A DNA stretch of 64,000 bases from an uncultured Candidatus Rokubacteria bacterium (GTDB lineage Bacteria > Methylomirabilota > Methylomirabilia > Rokubacteriales > DASRDR01). The notes beneath the pieces were generated by a model. The model saw only the letters and a list, made by a program, of their open reading frames with translations, ran no database searches and was not told where the DNA came from. Within the stretch, counting starts at the first letter, position 1. Every line of letters begins with the position of its first letter. The stretch is from NCBI GenBank assembly GCA_963826115.1, contig CAWGVS010000006.1, forward strand, positions 544,001 to 608,000, written 5' to 3'. Of this stretch, positions 59,880 through 64,000 are shown piece after piece. The translations under genes and the position numbers were made by a program.

Positions 59880-61232
59880 CTAGCTTTCGGTGCGGTTCAG
59901 GAGGTCCTGGAAGTCCTTGTGCGCCTCCGCCAGCACCTGCGCCGACGGCGCCCCCTCGATCGCCTTCTGGATGGCGACCCCGATGATGTCCCGGTACTCG
60001 GTGACGCTGTTGATCTCGGGGAGCCCGGGCTTCCCGATCTTCAACGACTCGAGATACGCGTCGTACCAGCTCTGGGGCATCTTCGGCTTGGCCTTGACCT
60101 CGGGGTTCGTCCAGGCCGACGCGCGGCCCACGCCGACGCCGGCGAGAAGCTCGCGGACCGCGTTCTGCTTGTTCGTGGACCAGCAGCAGAACAGGTACGC
60201 CGCTTCCTTGTTCTTGCTCTGCGTGGACACGGCCATCGCGTTCGTGAACGTGCAGGTGTAGTGGCCGGCCGGGCCCGCCGGCAAGACCGAGTATGCCACC
60301 TTGCCCGCGATCTTCGACTTGCTCGGGTCCTCGAACTGGTTGGCGAAGTTGACGCCGTCGAAGTAGATGCCGACCTGGCCCTGCATGAAGGCGGCCGAGG
60401 CCTCGTACCAGTTGAAGTTGACGACGCCCGGCGGGCCGTACTGCCGGAGCATGCCCGCGTAGAGGTCCATCGTCTTCGCCCACTCCGGCGTGTTGATGGC
60501 CGACTTCCCGTCCTTCGTGAGGTAGTCGCCGCCCATCGCGAAGAGCAGGTACGCCCAGGGCGTGGCGTTGGCGTTCTTGAGCCCGCGGTAGACGATGCCG
60601 TACATGCCGGGCGGGCCATGAAGGGCCTTGGCCTGGCTCTCCATCTCCGCCACCGTCTTGGGCGCCTTCCATCCCTTCTGGTCGTAGAGGTCCTTGCGGT
60701 AGAAGAGCACGAAGGGGTCGACGAAGGTCGGGATGCCGCTGATCGTCTTGTCGGGCTGCTGCACGGCCAGCTTGGCGCCGGGCAGGATGTCGTTCCAGTC
60801 GAAGTCGGGCGGCGTCAGCGTGGCGTCCTCGAGGAACTTGTTGATGGGCTGGTACCACCCGGACTTCCAGAAGCGGCGCTTCTCCACGTGCGTCGAGGAG
60901 TGGAAGCCGTCCACGCCGCCCGAGCCGCCGGTCATCTCGACGACCAGCTTCTGGCGCCCCTGGACCTCGGGCAGGATCTCGTACTTCACCTTCATCCCGG
61001 TCATCGACTCGAACTCCGGGATGTGCGTGACCATCTCGTCGACCCACGGGTGCTTGTAGAACAGGAAGAAGAGCTCCTTCCCCTGGAAGCGCTTCCAGTT
61101 GAAACCCTGGGCGCGCGCGGGCGTGAAGACGAACGGGCCGGTGGCCGCGCCGGCCGCGGCGGCGGCGCCCAGGCGGAGCACGGTGCGGCGGGAGACGGCG
61201 CCGGCGCGCGGCGCGGATCGAGTGTCGTCCAT
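59880..61232 (-). CDS. Sugar ABC substrate-binding protein, Tat-exported (paralog 2)
   Basis: VSRRTVL signal; same length (450 aa) and many identical blocks as 56885-58237. Confidence 0.92.
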   Translation of the reverse strand: MDDTRSAPRAGAVSRRTVLRLGAAAAAGAATGPFVFTPARAQGFNWKRFQGKELFFLFYKHPWVDEMVTHIPEFESMTGMKVKYEILPEVQGRQKLVVEMTGGSGGVDGFHSSTHVEKRRFWKSGWYQPINKFLEDATLTPPDFDWNDILPGAKLAVQQPDKTISGIPTFVDPFVLFYRKDLYDQKGWKAPKTVAEMESQAKALHGPPGMYGIVYRGLKNANATPWAYLLFAMGGDYLTKDGKSAINTPEWAKTMDLYAGMLRQYGPPGVVNFNWYEASAAFMQGQVGIYFDGVNFANQFEDPSKSKIAGKVAYSVLPAGPAGHYTCTFTNAMAVSTQSKNKEAAYLFCCWSTNKQNAVRELLAGVGVGRASAWTNPEVKAKPKMPQSWYDAYLESLKIGKPGLPEINSVTEYRDIIGVAIQKAIEGAPSAQVLAEAHKDFQDLLNRTES

Positions 61233-61361
61233 GACACACTCCTTTGGCGTGCTAGGATCCAGATTGTCGCTCGGGGGTGCCGAGTAGTCTGTGACACCGG
61301 TCCCGATCCTGTCAAGGCGAGACCCGTCACGCGCCACGAGCCACGAGCAAGGAGGCCTCCG

Positions 61362-62273
61362 ATGCGGTTCGGCTGCATGCTGCCCACCCTCGGCCCGCTG
61401 AGCGGGCCCGACGCGATCGTCCGCGCGGCCCAGCGCGCCGAGGCGCTCGACTATCACTCGGCGTGGGTCGCGGATCGCCTCCTGTATCCGCTCGCTCCGC
61501 GGACGCCGTACCCGGTCACGTCCGATGGCTCCTTGCCGGAGTACTTCAAGCGCTGCCTCGATCCGGTCGAGGCCCTGACCTTCGCGGCGGCGCACACGCG
61601 GCGGATCACGCTCGGGACGAGCATCCTCAACATGCCCTTCTACCATCCCGTCGTGCTCGCGCGGCGGCTCGCCACGCTCGACGTCCTGTGCGGCGGCCGC
61701 CTCCGTGTCGGGCTCGGCCAGGCCTGGTCGGCCGACGAGCTCGAGGCGGTGAACGCCGACACGAAGGTCCGCGGCTCGCGGGGGGACGAGTTCATCGCCG
61801 TCCTGAAGGCCATGTGGGGTCCCGACCCCGTCGAGTTCCAGGGCCGGCACTTCCGGGTCGCGCGCTCGATCGTGGGCCTGAAGCCGGTCCGGCTGCCGCG
61901 CCCGCCGCTCTACCTCGCCGCCTACGCGCCGGCGGCGCTCCGTCGCGCGGCGACCGTCTCGGACGGCTGGCTGGTCTCGACCCTCCCGCTCGCCTACCTC
62001 GGCCAGATGCTGCCGCAGCTCCACGCGCTCGCCAAGGAGGCCGGGCGCAATCCCGCCCACCTCGAGGTCATCTACATGACGGCCGCGGAGGTCACGGCGG
62101 CGCCCCTCGACGAGGGCCAGCGCGCGGTCCTCTGCGGGAGCGCCGCGCAGGTTCGCGCCGACGTCGGGCGGCTCCGAGACGCCGGCGTCACCGAGGTGAT
62201 CGGCTGGAGCGGCGGCGAGACGGTCGACGCGATGCTGACGAGCCTCGAGCGCTTCCGCGAGGCCGCGGGATGA
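61362..62273 (+). CDS. LLM-class oxidoreductase, probably F420-dependent
   Basis: SAWVADR, DPVEALTFAAAHT, LATLDVLCGGRL, DGW; AAGGAGG RBS. Confidence 0.88.
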   Translation: MRFGCMLPTLGPLSGPDAIVRAAQRAEALDYHSAWVADRLLYPLAPRTPYPVTSDGSLPEYFKRCLDPVEALTFAAAHTRRITLGTSILNMPFYHPVVLARRLATLDVLCGGRLRVGLGQAWSADELEAVNADTKVRGSRGDEFIAVLKAMWGPDPVEFQGRHFRVARSIVGLKPVRLPRPPLYLAAYAPAALRRAATVSDGWLVSTLPLAYLGQMLPQLHALAKEAGRNPAHLEVIYMTAAEVTAAPLDEGQRAVLCGSAAQVRADVGRLRDAGVTEVIGWSGGETVDAMLTSLERFREAAG

Positions 62274-63262
62274 CCGCGAAGATCCGCTTCGGCGTCTTCA
62301 CCGGCGTCGCGCAGACCCCCTGGCGCGATCTCCTCGAGGTCTGGGAGCGCATCGACGAGATGGGCTTCGACACCGGCTGGGTGCCGGACCACTTCTACGC
62401 GGGTTACGGCGACCCGGCGGGGCCGTGCTTCGAGGCGGGCACCGTGCTGGCCGCGGTGGCGGCGCGCACGCGCCGGATCGGCGTCGGGCCGCTCGTCCTC
62501 AGCAACACGTTCCGCCACCCGGCGGTCCTGGCCAACATGGCGGCGAGCCTCGACCACGTCTCCGAGGGGCGCTTCACGCTGGGGCTCGGCGCGGGCTGGC
62601 TCCAGTCGGAGCACGACGGCTACGCGCTCCCGTACGGCACCACGAAGGACCGCATCGAGCGCCTGGACGAGGCGCTCACCGTCATCCGCCTCCTCCACAC
62701 CGAGCGCCGCGCGACGTTCAACGGGCGGTTCTACCGGCTCGACGACGCGCTGTGCGAGCCCAAGCCCTACGGCGGCCGGCGGCTGCCGGTCCTCGTCGGC
62801 GGGGGCGGGGAGCGCCTCACGCTCCGGGTCGTCGCGAAGCACGCGGACGAGTGGAACGGCGAGGTCGGGCCGAGCGGGTTCGCGCGGAAGCTCGACGTGC
62901 TCCGCGAGCACTGCCGCGCGGTCGGCCGCAACCCGGCCGACATCCGCGTCTCCGTGGTCCTCCGGAGCGAGGCCCAGGCCGAGGCGATGTGGGAAGGGAT
63001 GATCCGCATGAACAACCCGAACCTCCTGGCGGAGCGCCGCCGCCTCGAGGCCGAGGGCGTCTCCGCCGCGGACCTCGAGGCGCGGCTCAAGGCCTGGGTC
63101 TGGGAGTCGCTCCTGCCCGTGGACGAGAGCCGGGCGATCGACCGGCTCCAGGACTTCGTCGCGGTCGGCGTCACGCACTTCATCGTGGCGGCCCGCCCGC
63201 CCTACGATCTCGCGGGGCTCGAGCGCTTCCTCTCGCGCGTGGCCGCCCGCGTGCGCAGCTAG
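62270..63262 (+). CDS. LLM-class oxidoreductase, probably F420-dependent
   Basis: WVPDHF, NTFRHPAVLA, GLGAGW...EH, VGGGGE..TLR, ADEWN. Confidence 0.88.
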   Translation: MTAKIRFGVFTGVAQTPWRDLLEVWERIDEMGFDTGWVPDHFYAGYGDPAGPCFEAGTVLAAVAARTRRIGVGPLVLSNTFRHPAVLANMAASLDHVSEGRFTLGLGAGWLQSEHDGYALPYGTTKDRIERLDEALTVIRLLHTERRATFNGRFYRLDDALCEPKPYGGRRLPVLVGGGGERLTLRVVAKHADEWNGEVGPSGFARKLDVLREHCRAVGRNPADIRVSVVLRSEAQAEAMWEGMIRMNNPNLLAERRRLEAEGVSAADLEARLKAWVWESLLPVDESRAIDRLQDFVAVGVTHFIVAARPPYDLAGLERFLSRVAARVRS

Positions 63263-63280
63263 CCGGGAGGCCAGCGCCCG

Positions 63281-64000
63281 TCAGGGCGCGACCGCGGCGT
63301 CCCGTCCGAAGGCGGTCTGCGCCGCGGCCGCCGTCGGGGCACGGCCGCTCGCGACCAGCGCGAGCGCGCGCAGCCCGAGCAGCGACTCGTCGACCGCGGT
63401 CGGTGGCGTGACGGCGTAGCCGGTCGCCGCCGCGAGGAGCCCGGGCAGCGCGGGCAGCCGGCGCGCGAGCCCGCCGCTCAGCGCGACGCGGCCGAGCGCC
63501 CGCCCGGGATCGAGGCGGGGCACCAGCGCGGCGTACTGGGCGACGAACGCCCGCAGCACGGACGCGAGGTAGTTCCGCACGGTGAGCGTCCCGTCCTCGA
63601 TGCGGCCGAGTCGACCGCCGTCCCGGTAGCCCCACGCGCCCTGGAAGACCGCGAGGTCGACGTCGAGACTGGCCGCGGCCACGTCGTCGGCGCCGAGGCC
63701 GGCGAGCTCCCCCCAGAAGTCCGGGGCCGGCGCGCCGCCCGCGCGCGCCGCGTCCTCGAGGAAGCCGAGGAACGTCGCGAGCGCCCGGCCTCCCGGGATG
63801 TGCGTGATCGCGTGGAGCATGCCGCCGTCGAAGTACGGCCGCCGCTCGACCGCGGGGTCGGCGGACGGGCGATCGAGGGCGGCGAGCTGGGAGCCCGTGC
63901 CGAGGTTCAGCGAGACGCAGTCGGGGGCGGTCACGCCCGCGCCCAGGAGCGTCGTCTGGTGGTCGCCGGCGCCGACGTGGAGCGGGATCGCGCGGCCGCG
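63281..64000 (-). CDS. FGGY-family carbohydrate kinase (5' part beyond window)
   Basis: GAGDHQ...SLNLGTGSQ, GGRAL, LSGG, ESLLG. Confidence 0.75.
   Translation of the reverse strand, partial: RGRAIPLHVGAGDHQTTLLGAGVTAPDCVSLNLGTGSQLAALDRPSADPAVERRPYFDGGMLHAITHIPGGRALATFLGFLEDAARAGGAPAPDFWGELAGLGADDVAAASLDVDLAVFQGAWGYRDGGRLGRIEDGTLTVRNYLASVLRAFVAQYAALVPRLDPGRALGRVALSGGLARRLPALPGLLAAATGYAVTPPTAVDESLLGLRALALVASGRAPTAAAAQTAFGRDAAVAP

Overview
A very GC-rich (by eye about 70-75%) bacterial chromosomal segment. The gene style suggests Candidatus Rokubacteria/Methylomirabilota (many ABC/TRAP binding proteins, LLM oxidoreductases, DinB proteins, small 'DRRxxERR' proteins), but this is inference only. 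Most of the window is catabolic or transport genes: two ThDP enzymes, fumC, dpp/opp, TRAP and sugar ABC transporters, cimA, a thiolase-DUF35-CoA transferase unit and three LLM enzymes. I saw no rRNA, tRNA, CRISPR array, integrase or transposase. The most notable items are: (1) a translationally coupled pair of a cytoplasmic thermolysin-like protease and a ComEC-type MBL hydrolase (26422-29411), a candidate protease-triggered conflict system; (2) a lower-GC cassette of three exported proteins (18204-21904) ending in a Zn-phospholipase C/P1-nuclease-like gene split by four +1 frameshifts; (3) divergent sigma-54 promoters flanking three TGCAC-N8-GTGCA palindromes, upstream of a kinase-receiver-NtrC-type operon; (4) further sigma-54 sites in front of small orphan proteins; (5) an atypical chromate operon with an ornithine-cyclodeaminase-family gene and a ChrF-ArsC fusion; (6) a metallothionein-like peptide, a duplicated 36-bp promoter and several apparently leaderless genes. 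All calls rest on manual motif reading; no searches were run.
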